Below are positions 24,676 through 32,704 of a DNA stretch of 64,000 bases, piece after piece (positions within the stretch are counted from its first letter, which is position 1; the number at the start of each line of letters is the position of its first letter). This DNA is from Planctomycetota bacterium (GTDB lineage Bacteria > Planctomycetota > UBA1135 > JAKEFM01). The position numbers and the translations under genes were made by a program. The notes under the pieces are model-generated. The model did no database searches and was not told the origin of the DNA. It saw only the letters and a list, made by a program, of their open reading frames with translations. The stretch covers positions 18,228 through 82,227 of the forward strand of contig JAKEFM010000212.1 of assembly GCA_022616055.1 (NCBI GenBank), given 5' to 3'.

Positions 24676-25895
24676 CCCCGCGCGAGTTCGTCGAGGAGCG
24701 CCGAGGCGTGATCCTCGAGCTGCTGCGACGCCTCGTCGGGATCGACAGCCGGACCGGGAGGGAGGGGCCGATCGCGCAGTACCTCGAGGGGTGGCTGAAG
24801 GTGGCGGGCCTCGAGGCGCGGCTCGAGCCGTACAAGGACCGCTGGAACGTCGTCGCCTGGTCGGGGAAGGGGGACCCGACGCTCGTCTTCTCGGGCCACC
24901 TCGACACGGTCCACCCGCTCGAGGGGGCCTGGACCTCCGACCCCTGGACGCCGGTCGAGGCGCAGGGGCGGCTCGTGGGGCTCGGCTCCTCCGACATGAA
25001 GGCCTCCCTCGCCTCCGCCGCCTTCGCCGCCCTCTATCACAAGGAGCGGGGGCTCCCCGGGCGCGTCGTCCTCGCGTTCACCGTCGAGGAGGAGACGACG
25101 GGGGACGGCACCTCCGCCTTCGTGCTCGGGGCGGTGACCTCGGGATTCCTCCCTCCCTCCTCCTCGGCCGTCGTCGTCATGGAGCCGACGGGGCTCGACC
25201 ACGTCTCGCTCGGCAACCGCGGCTCGACGTTCGTCACGGTGACCGTCCGGGGGGAGGGGGGGCACGGGGCGCGACCCCACCTCGCGAAGAACCCCATCCC
25301 GAAGCTCTGCGGCATCCTCGCCGCCGTCTCGGCGCTCGAGGAGCGGTGGGCCGCGCGGTATCCCGACCCCGAGCTCGGGGGAGTGAGCCTCACGCCGACC
25401 TGCGTGCGGGCGGGGGATCCCGCGCAGACGAACTCGATCCCCGAGGTCGGCTCCCTGGTCCTCGACTGCCGCGTCACGCGCCCTCTCGAGGACGCGGACT
25501 TCACGATCTTCCGGAGCGAGCTCTCGGCGTTCCTCCGGAGGTTCGAGGAGCCCGGCTACGCGATCGAGGTGAGGGAGGAGTTCGCCCGGGTGGGACACAA
25601 GCTCCCCGCCGAGCACCCCCTCGCTCAAACCGCCCTCGCGGTGCTCCGGGACGACCTCGGGATCCCCGACGCGCGCTTCGTCCACACCCCGGCGGCGAAC
25701 GACTCCGTCTACTTCGCCCGCGCGGGGCTCCCGACGATCAACAAGCTCGGGCCCGGGGATCCCGCCCAGGCGCACAAGGGGAACGAGTCGGTCGACCTCG
25801 AGAAGGTCGTCCTCGGCGCGGTCGCCTACGCGCGCCTCGCGGAGCGCTGGCTCGCCGGCTCCGGGGAGGCGGCGGCGCCCCCCACCGCCCGATAG
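24672..25895 (+). CDS. M20-family deacylase (ArgE/DapE-like)
   Basis: GTGA overlap with the GNAT gene. Motifs VFSGHLDTVHP, GLGSSDMKASLA and FTVEEETTGDG. Confidence 0.85.
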   Translation: MTPREFVEERRGVILELLRRLVGIDSRTGREGPIAQYLEGWLKVAGLEARLEPYKDRWNVVAWSGKGDPTLVFSGHLDTVHPLEGAWTSDPWTPVEAQGRLVGLGSSDMKASLASAAFAALYHKERGLPGRVVLAFTVEEETTGDGTSAFVLGAVTSGFLPPSSSAVVVMEPTGLDHVSLGNRGSTFVTVTVRGEGGHGARPHLAKNPIPKLCGILAAVSALEERWAARYPDPELGGVSLTPTCVRAGDPAQTNSIPEVGSLVLDCRVTRPLEDADFTIFRSELSAFLRRFEEPGYAIEVREEFARVGHKLPAEHPLAQTALAVLRDDLGIPDARFVHTPAANDSVYFARAGLPTINKLGPGDPAQAHKGNESVDLEKVVLGAVAYARLAERWLAGSGEAAAPPTAR

Positions 25896-26860
25896 GCGGA
25901 GAGCCTCCGGTCCGGCGCGTCGAGGACCGACCCGCCCTCCACCCGGCCCGCGACGTTCCGCTCGAGGAACGCGACCGCGTAGGTCCGGATCGTGTCGAAG
26001 TCCGCCTCGGTCCCGCTCCACGTCCTCGCCACGATCCCGCTCGCCGCCGGGAGGTTGAAGGAGAAGTGGGTGCCTCCCCGGATCTCGGCGAGGACCTTCG
26101 GGGCGGGGAGGCGCTCGAAGGCCCGATCGAGGACCTGCGCGCGGGTCAGCCGCCCGTGGACCTCGCCCCGCTCCTTCTCCCCGAGGAGGATCATCGTCGG
26201 CACCCCCACGCCGGAGAACTCCTCCTCGTCGAGGAGGGAGAGCGCGGGGGAGAAGAGGAGGCCGGCGGCGATCCGGGAGTCGCGCTCGCCCCGGACCGCA
26301 CCGCAGAGGGCGAGGGCGGCGAAGCCCCCGAGGGAGTGCCCCCCGACGGCGATCCGGCCGCGGTCGATCGCGGCCCCGGTCTCGGGGGAGGCGAGGAGCC
26401 CGTCGAGGACGATCCGGAGGTCGTCGAGCCGGTAGCGGAGGCTCCCCCGGTCGAAGTCGCGCCCGGCCCGCGCCATCGCCGAGGCCCGCTCGAGATAGGC
26501 GAAGCGGTCGACGCGCTGGCGACCGCCCCGCAGGCGCGCGAGCTTGTCCCGGTCCTCGTGGTCGGGGCAGGCGACGATCCATCCGCGCGCGGCGAGCGCC
26601 TCCGCGAGGAAGGCCGACCCGACGGCGTATCCGCCGTACCCGTGGGAGAAGACGAGGATCGGGAGAGGGGCCTGCGCCCGGATCGGCGCGTCGGGGGCGA
26701 CGCGGCCTCGATTCGGGCCCCCGGCGTAGCGGACCTCCACCGCCTCGGCATCGGTCGGGTACCAGAGCGCCGTCGCGACCGCCCTCTCTCCTTCACCCGT
26801 CCCGCCGCGGAGGTCGACCACGCGATAGCCGACGCGGGGCGGGGGGGGAGAGGAGGCCAT
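25826..26860 (-). CDS. Alpha/beta hydrolase (dienelactone-hydrolase / PAF-acetylhydrolase-like)
   Basis: Start MASSPPPP (ATG 26858-26860). LVFSHGYGG and nucleophile elbow GGHSLGG. The 3' end overlaps the convergent M20 gene by 70 nt. Confidence 0.78.
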   Translation of the reverse strand: MASSPPPPRVGYRVVDLRGGTGEGERAVATALWYPTDAEAVEVRYAGGPNRGRVAPDAPIRAQAPLPILVFSHGYGGYAVGSAFLAEALAARGWIVACPDHEDRDKLARLRGGRQRVDRFAYLERASAMARAGRDFDRGSLRYRLDDLRIVLDGLLASPETGAAIDRGRIAVGGHSLGGFAALALCGAVRGERDSRIAAGLLFSPALSLLDEEEFSGVGVPTMILLGEKERGEVHGRLTRAQVLDRAFERLPAPKVLAEIRGGTHFSFNLPAASGIVARTWSGTEADFDTIRTYAVAFLERNVAGRVEGGSVLDAPDRRLSAYRAVGGAAASPEPASQRSARRA

Positions 26861-27069
26861 GCGCGGGGGGGGCGGGCGGGGGGAGGACCCATCCTCGCCC
26901 CGCTCAACCCGGAGGTGAAGCGCGCCCGATAAGGACCGCGTTTCCCCGGGGCGCCGGCCGATCCGCGACCGGACCCCCGGCGATCCAAGGAGAGCCGAGT
27001 GGTCCCGCGCGTCCAATCCGTCTCGAGGCGGCGTCCCCGCCGGCGCGTCGCCCGCGGCTAGGAGACTCC

Positions 27070-27804
27070 ATGGAACGGCGGAGCCAGTATCGAATCGAGC
27101 TCGGGGAAAAGAGCACCGTCGAGGTGAGCATCCTCGTCAAGAACCGGCCGCTCATGGTCGGCCGCCTCCACGACGTCTCCGCCGAGGGGGCGGGGGTGGT
27201 GCTCCCGAGCCTCGCGAGCGCCCCTCTCGCCGTCGGCGAGGAGGCCGAGCTCGTCTTCGTCGGCAAGACGATCGTCAAGCCGCTGCGGGTCTCCGCGGTC
27301 CTCGTCCACCACCGGATCGAGGGGAGGGGGGCGGAGGCGGTCCAGCACTTCGGATTCGACTTCACGAACAAGGACGGGTTCGACGAGCTCCTGATCGCCC
27401 AGGACCTCCACGTCCTCTTCAACCGCCGCAAGACCCGGCGGGTCGAGCCGGACCCGGAGGAGCCGGTCGAGGCCCTCCTCGAGGACGAGGTCCGCGGCAA
27501 GTCGGGATCGGCGCGCGTCGTCGACCTCTCGACGTCCGGGGTCGGGCTCCACGTCACCTCCAAGGTCGACTCCCGGTTCGCCGAGGTGGAGAAGGTCCGC
27601 GTCGCGCTCCGGCTCCCGGGGATGACCGAGGACCTCCGGCTCGAGGGGAACGTCCGTCACCGCTCGGAGACGACCGGGGGAGGGATGCGGTACGGCATCG
27701 AGTTCGACCGGGTGCGGACGCCCCGTTTCGCCGAGCAGCAGGCGGTCCTCGTGCGGTACGTCGCCGGCTGCCTGCGCCAGCTCCTCAAGACCGGCGCGAA
27801 GTAG
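27070..27804 (+). CDS. Tandem PilZ-domain protein (putative c-di-GMP receptor)
   Basis: Two complete PilZ signatures: RRSQYR...DVSAEGAG and RRKTRR...DLSTSGVG. SD AGGAG lies 5 nt upstream of the ATG. Confidence 0.87.
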   Translation: MERRSQYRIELGEKSTVEVSILVKNRPLMVGRLHDVSAEGAGVVLPSLASAPLAVGEEAELVFVGKTIVKPLRVSAVLVHHRIEGRGAEAVQHFGFDFTNKDGFDELLIAQDLHVLFNRRKTRRVEPDPEEPVEALLEDEVRGKSGSARVVDLSTSGVGLHVTSKVDSRFAEVEKVRVALRLPGMTEDLRLEGNVRHRSETTGGGMRYGIEFDRVRTPRFAEQQAVLVRYVAGCLRQLLKTGAK

Positions 27805-28115
27805 CGCGCCTCGCGACGCTTCCCGGCCCGCCCGGGCCGCGGGTAGGATCGCGCCCGCTCTCCCGCCCCCGCGACGCGCGAGCGGGAGGATGCCATGATG
27901 CGACGCCCCGCACCGTTTTCAGCGACGTGGGCCTCCTCCCCGCGGCTCCGGCGCAGGCCCCTCGGGCGGCGAAGGCGAGCCGCGGGGACTTCGCGCGCGG
28001 CGACCCCCTCCTCGATGCGGCCCTCGCCCGGCGGGGTGAGTGGCCGGACGACGCCTCCCCCCCGGGCGCGGCTTCGCTTCACGAGGTCGACGGAGTAGCC
28101 GGGCGAGCCCGGATC

Positions 28116-30377
28116 ATGCGGATCACGTTCCGACTGATCGTCTCCCTCGTCGTCGTGGTGGCCGTGGTCGCGGCCACCTCGGCGTGGATCCACGTCGGCC
28201 AGGACCGCGCCCAGCGGCAGGACGAGATCGAGAGGCGATCTCGCCTCCTCGCGCTCACCCTCCAGGAGGTCGTCCAGCCCCTGGTGTCGGAGGAGACCTC
28301 CGAGCGGCTCCGGGGAATCGTCGAGAAGTACGCGAACCGGGAGCGACTGGCCGGCGTCGCGGTCTACGACAGGGAGGGACGCCTCCTCGCGGCGACCGCC
28401 GCCCTCTCCGGGGTGTTCGCCGAGCCCCCCGCGGCCGTCCGAGAGGCCCTGTCGAGATCCGTGGACGGGAGCGCGTTCGTCGAGATGGGGGGGAAGGAGG
28501 TCCACCTCTACGCCCTGCCCCTGACGGACGGGGGCGGGGTCGCCCACGCGCTCCTGATCGTCCACGATGCCTCCTTCATCCAGGCCCAGTTGCGGCAGAT
28601 CTGGCTGCACGCCTTCGTCAGGGTCCTCGCCCAATCCGCGCTCATCACCCTCGTCACGCTCCTCGTCATCCGGTGGAGCGTCTTCGGCCCGATCGCCCGG
28701 ATGGCGGAGTGGATGCGCGCGCTCCGCTCGGAGGGTGAGGTGCGCCCCCCGGAAGTCCCCAAGGGGGACCTCTTCGCGCCCATCGCCCGGGAGGTGACCA
28801 CCTTTGCCCGGCATCTGTCGGCGGCCAAGGCCGCGGCCGAGAGGGAGGCTGGACGCCCGCGGAAGGATGAGCCGGCCGGGACCCCGGAATGGCTCAAGGA
28901 GCATGTCCGCGCCCGCCTCGGGGACAAGCCGCTCTTCGTCGTCTCCAACCGGGAGCCCTACATGCACCTGCGGCGCGGCAGGGACGTGGAGGTCATCGTC
29001 CCTGCGGGAGGGCTCGTGACCGCGCTGGAGCCCGTGCTTCGGGCCTGCGGGGGGACGTGGATCGCGCATGGGGCCGGCGACGCCGACTTCGAGGTGACCG
29101 ACGGGAAGGGCCGGCTCCAGGTCCCCCCCGGCGACCCCCGCTACACCCTCCGGCGCGTCCCCCTCTCCAAGGAGGAGGAGCAGGGGTACTACTACGGCTT
29201 CTCCAACGAGGGGCTCTGGCCGCTCTGCCACCTCGCCCACACGCGCCCCATCTTCCGGGCCGACGATTGGGCCCAATACCAGCGGGTCAGCGAGAAGTTC
29301 GCGACGGCGGTCCTCGAGGAGGTGGAGGGGCTCGAGGATCCCTTCGTCCTCATCCAGGACTACCACTTCGCCCTCCTCCCGCGCCTCCTCAAGGAGCGCC
29401 GTCCCGAGATCCGGGCCGCCCTCTTCTGGCACATCCCCTGGCCCAATCCGGAGGCCTTCGGGATCTGTCCCTGGCAGCGCGAGCTGCTGCAGGGGATGCT
29501 CGGGGCCGATCTCGTCGGGTTCCAGACCCAGTCCCACTGCAACAACTTCCTCGACACGGTCGACGCCGCGCTCGAGGCGCGCGTGGACTGGGAGCGCTTC
29601 GGGGTCTCGAAGGAGGGCCACCTCACCCTGGTCAAGCCCTTCCCGATCAGCGTGGCGTTCCCCCCCGTCGCGCGGGATCCCTACCCGACGCCTCCCCGCG
29701 CGAAGGACCGCGACACGCTCCTGAAGGAGCTCGGGGTCCGCGCGAGGTTCCTCGGCGTGGGGGTGGACCGGCTCGACTACACGAAGGGGGTCCTCGAGCG
29801 CTTCCGGGCGATCGAGCGCTTCCTCGAGAAGCACCCCCGCTACCAGGGGGAGTTCGTCTTCGTCCAGATCGGCGCGCCGAGCCGGACCTACATCAAGCGC
29901 TACCACGACTTCCTCGCCGAGGTGGAGGCCGAGGCGCAGCGCATCAACTGGCGCTTCAAGAGGAAAGACTGGCGCCCGATCGTCTACCTCGAGAAGCACC
30001 ACAGCCACGAGGAGATCCTCCCGTACTATCTCGCCGCGGACCTCTGCATGATCACCTCCCTCCACGACGGGATGAACCTCGTCGCCAAGGAGTTCGTCGC
30101 CTCGAGGGAGGACGGGGAGGGGGTCCTCGTCCTGAGCCAGTTCGCCGGCGCCTCCCGGGAGCTGCGGGACGCCCTGATCGTCAATCCCTACAACGCCGAG
30201 CAGGGGGCGGAGGCGATCCGGTACGCGCTCGAGATGGACCCCGAGGAACGGCGGGCCCGGATGAAGGCGATGAGGGAGACGCTTCGCGAGAACAACGTCT
30301 ACCGCTGGGCCGGGAGCCTGATCGAGGAGCTCTCCCGCCTGCGGCTGCGCGAGCCCACTCCGGCGGGGAGCGAGTGA
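28116..30377 (+). CDS. otsA: Trehalose-6-phosphate synthase (GT20, OtsA-like) fused to an N-terminal 2-TM sensor and HAMP module
   Basis: The first ATG gives [25 protein letters not shown] (TM1). A ~165-aa loop, TM2 ([19 protein letters not shown]) and a HAMP-like region ([13 protein letters not shown]...[12 protein letters not shown]) follow. GT20 motifs are [49 protein letters not shown] and [13 protein letters not shown]. Confidence 0.9.
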   Translation: MRITFRLIVSLVVVVAVVAATSAWIHVGQDRAQRQDEIERRSRLLALTLQEVVQPLVSEETSERLRGIVEKYANRERLAGVAVYDREGRLLAATAALSGVFAEPPAAVREALSRSVDGSAFVEMGGKEVHLYALPLTDGGGVAHALLIVHDASFIQAQLRQIWLHAFVRVLAQSALITLVTLLVIRWSVFGPIARMAEWMRALRSEGEVRPPEVPKGDLFAPIAREVTTFARHLSAAKAAAEREAGRPRKDEPAGTPEWLKEHVRARLGDKPLFVVSNREPYMHLRRGRDVEVIVPAGGLVTALEPVLRACGGTWIAHGAGDADFEVTDGKGRLQVPPGDPRYTLRRVPLSKEEEQGYYYGFSNEGLWPLCHLAHTRPIFRADDWAQYQRVSEKFATAVLEEVEGLEDPFVLIQDYHFALLPRLLKERRPEIRAALFWHIPWPNPEAFGICPWQRELLQGMLGADLVGFQTQSHCNNFLDTVDAALEARVDWERFGVSKEGHLTLVKPFPISVAFPPVARDPYPTPPRAKDRDTLLKELGVRARFLGVGVDRLDYTKGVLERFRAIERFLEKHPRYQGEFVFVQIGAPSRTYIKRYHDFLAEVEAEAQRINWRFKRKDWRPIVYLEKHHSHEEILPYYLAADLCMITSLHDGMNLVAKEFVASREDGEGVLVLSQFAGASRELRDALIVNPYNAEQGAEAIRYALEMDPEERRARMKAMRETLRENNVYRWAGSLIEELSRLRLREPTPAGSE

Positions 30378-30378
30378 G

Positions 30379-30777
30379 ATGCCCTCCGCCCTTTTCCTGT
30401 GCCGGCACAACGCCTGCCGGAGCCAGATCGCCGAGGCGGTCTGCCGGAGCCTCGCGCCGGCGTGGGACGTGGCGAGCGCGGGCTCGAGGCCGTCGGCGGA
30501 CGTGGACCGGAAGGCCGTGGAGATCCTCCGCCGCCACGGCCTCGCGATGGCGAGCCCTCGCCCCAAGGGCGTCCCCGGCCTCCCCTCCCGGCGCTGGGAC
30601 GTCGTCGTCTGCATGGGATGCGACGGCGCGGGCGCCGGCCTGCCGAGCGGTCGCTACGTCGAGTGGCCCGTCGAGGACCCCAGCGACGGGCCGATCGAGA
30701 TCTACGAGGCCCTCTTCCGGGAGTTGAGCGAGCGCGTCGGCGGGCTCGTCCGGGAAGCGGAGAGCCCCGCCCGATGA
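30379..30777 (+). CDS. Low-molecular-weight phosphotyrosine-phosphatase / ArsC-fold protein
   Basis: Starts 1 nt after the otsA stop. CX5R(S) P-loop LCRHNACRSQIAE. DPSDG (Asp loop)-like VEDPSDG. Only part of the Trx-coupled ArsC Cys triad is present. Confidence 0.82.
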   Translation: MPSALFLCRHNACRSQIAEAVCRSLAPAWDVASAGSRPSADVDRKAVEILRRHGLAMASPRPKGVPGLPSRRWDVVVCMGCDGAGAGLPSGRYVEWPVEDPSDGPIEIYEALFRELSERVGGLVREAESPAR

Positions 30778-31454
30778 TCCCGCGGGCGCGGGAGCCGTTC
30801 CGCTTCTTCGTCCGGACGAGCCTCACCCTCGTCACGGGGATCCGGGCCCGGACCGTCCGCGAGCTCGCCGGTCGCCTGAAGGAGGCCCCGGACTCCTGCG
30901 TCTACCAGCACACCCACCGGTTCCTCCAAGAGCACCAGTACCTCGTGCCGGAGCCGCCGAACGACTTCGCGTACTGGGCGACGGAGATGCTCCAGGACGA
31001 GGCGCTGGGCGAGCGCCTGGCCTCCGTCGACACGGTCCGGTTCCGCTCGCTCGGGGAGCTGCGGGCCGCCCTCCTCGGGGTCCTCGAGGACCATGTCCTC
31101 CGGAACGGGGAGGGCCGCCCCGCCCCCCCCGGGAAGGAGTTCCACTTCATGCGGGCCGTCCGCTTCTCCGTGCCGACCCGCGAGGTGGCCCACGATCTCG
31201 CCGAGTTCGGCGATTGCCTGCGCAGGGTGGGCCTCTCGAGCCTCTACCTCCACGTCTTCGAGGCCCGCCTTCGCCTCCCGAGCGTCGAGGCCAACGACTT
31301 CGCGGTCTGGTTCGAACGGGAGCTGGGGGAGGCCGAGCTCGCCCGGCGGGTGGGCCGCCTCGACCCCTACGCCCACACGCTCCAGGGCCTGCGCGCGCGT
31401 CTCCTCGCCATGGTGAGGAGCCGCCTCAAGGATCTCGGCCATGCCCCGGCTTGA
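30774..31454 (+). CDS. Conserved hypothetical protein, resembles the family I recall as DUF5752 (TreT-associated)
   Basis: ATGA overlap with the phosphatase gene. FFVRTSL...TGIRARTVRELAGRLKE...SCVYQHTHRFLQEH...NDFAYW. The family assignment is from memory only. Coding is supported by codon bias and coupling on both sides. Confidence 0.75.
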   Translation: MIPRAREPFRFFVRTSLTLVTGIRARTVRELAGRLKEAPDSCVYQHTHRFLQEHQYLVPEPPNDFAYWATEMLQDEALGERLASVDTVRFRSLGELRAALLGVLEDHVLRNGEGRPAPPGKEFHFMRAVRFSVPTREVAHDLAEFGDCLRRVGLSSLYLHVFEARLRLPSVEANDFAVWFERELGEAELARRVGRLDPYAHTLQGLRARLLAMVRSRLKDLGHAPA

Positions 31455-32661
31455 GGAGTACGCGCCGATCGTCGGCGCGGACACCCTCGAGGAGCTCTCC
31501 CTCGTCGCGGACCGCGTCAAGGGACGCTCCGTCCTCCACGTCAACTCGACGGCGGTGGGGGGGGGGGTCGCCGAGATCCTGCACCGCATGGTCCCCCTGT
31601 TCCGCGAGCTCGGCCTCGACGCCCACTGGGAGGTGATCCGCGGCGGCGAGGACTTCTACGCCGTGACGAAGAAATTCCACAACGCCCTCCACGGCCAGCC
31701 GGCGGAGTTCACGGCCCGGGACTTCCAGGTCTACGGCGAGACGACGGCGGAGAACTTGGCCCGCCTCGCGCTCGACGCGGAGGTCGTCTTCATCCACGAT
31801 CCGCAGCCCGCCGCCCTCGTGGAGAAGCGCGGGGCCAACCGCTGGGTGTGGCGCTGCCACATCGACCTCTCCCAGCCGGACGAGCGGGCCTGGGCCTTCC
31901 TCCGGCCGTACGTCGAGCGATACGACGCCTGCATCGTCTCGGCCCCCGGCTTCGCCCAGGAGCTCCCGATCCGCCAGGTGCTCATCGCCCCGTCCATCGA
32001 TCCCCTGAGCGAGAAGAACCGGGAGCTCTCCCCCGACGAGGTCCGCGGCGTCCTCGCGCGCCTCGGCATCCCGACGGACAAGCCCCTCGTCACGCAGGTC
32101 TCGCGCTTCGACCGCCTGAAGGATCCCCTCGGCGTGATCGAGGCGTTCCAGCGGGCCAAGCCCTACGTCGACGCGCGGCTCCTCCTGGTCGGGGGCTCGG
32201 CCGACGACGACCCGGAGGGGGCCCAGGTCCTCGCCGAGGTGCGGGACCGCGCCAGCGGCGAGCCGGACATCCTCGTCCACGAGCTCCCTCCCACGAGCCA
32301 CCTCGAGATCAACGCCATCCAGCGCGCCTCGACGGTCGTCCTCCAGAAGTCCCTGCGGGAGGGCTTCGGCCTCACGGTCGCCGAGGCCCTCTGGAAGGGG
32401 AAGCCGGTCATCGCGGGCGCGGTCGGCGGCATCCCCCTCCTGATCGCCCACAAGCACTCGGGGATCCTCGTCCACTCGGTAGAGGGGGCGGGCTACTGGA
32501 TGAGGCGCCTCCTCTCCGAGCCCGAGTTCGCCACCCGGCTCGGGGCCAACGGCCGGGAGCATGTCCGGCAGAATTTCCTCCTCACGCGCCACCTCCGGGA
32601 CTACCTCCTCCTCATCCTGTCCCTCGATCACCCCGGGGAGGACTTCGTCCCCCTGCGGTGA
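31441..32661 (+). CDS. treT: Trehalose glycosyltransferring synthase (TreT, GT4)
   Basis: Near-colinear by-eye match to my recollection of the archaeal TreT sequence: HVNSTAVGGGVAEILHRMVPL, FYAVTKKFHNALHG, HDPQPAAL, WRCHIDLS, PSIDPLSEKN, VSRFDRLKDP and SLREGFGLTVAEALWKGKPVI. It overlaps the upstream gene by 14 nt. Confidence 0.92.
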   Translation: MPRLEEYAPIVGADTLEELSLVADRVKGRSVLHVNSTAVGGGVAEILHRMVPLFRELGLDAHWEVIRGGEDFYAVTKKFHNALHGQPAEFTARDFQVYGETTAENLARLALDAEVVFIHDPQPAALVEKRGANRWVWRCHIDLSQPDERAWAFLRPYVERYDACIVSAPGFAQELPIRQVLIAPSIDPLSEKNRELSPDEVRGVLARLGIPTDKPLVTQVSRFDRLKDPLGVIEAFQRAKPYVDARLLLVGGSADDDPEGAQVLAEVRDRASGEPDILVHELPPTSHLEINAIQRASTVVLQKSLREGFGLTVAEALWKGKPVIAGAVGGIPLLIAHKHSGILVHSVEGAGYWMRRLLSEPEFATRLGANGREHVRQNFLLTRHLRDYLLLILSLDHPGEDFVPLR

Positions 32662-32704
32662 AGGGGGAGAGACCGGAGCCGGCGCGGGACCTATCCTCCG
32701 GACG

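Noticed and set aside
26865-26883. G-quadruplex-type run (G8-C-G3-C-G6) in the hydrolase/PilZ divergent region. A similar run lies inside the M28 gene around 58520-58545.
   Set aside because: G-runs are expected by chance at ~70% GC. There is no positional conservation or symmetry to suggest function, and this cannot be evaluated without genome-wide statistics.
27805-28115. Possibility that otsA starts at the track start 27927, adding 63 aa
   Set aside because: The extra residues (MGLLPAAPAQAPRAAKASRGDF...) are low-complexity. The ATG at 28116 gives a typical short cytoplasmic N-terminus followed by TM1. The earlier start cannot be fully excluded without TSS data.
27657-30614. 985-aa minus-strand ORF covering the otsA region. 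Similar long antisense ORFs are 32612..35761, 34230..36983, 9425..11482, 48450..50039, 61340..63847, 56936..59206, 42903..44711 and 53696..55267.
   Set aside because: All are R/P/G/E/D-rich with no motifs. They lie opposite genes with strong family signatures, and their codon third positions do not show the GC3 bias of the genuine frames.
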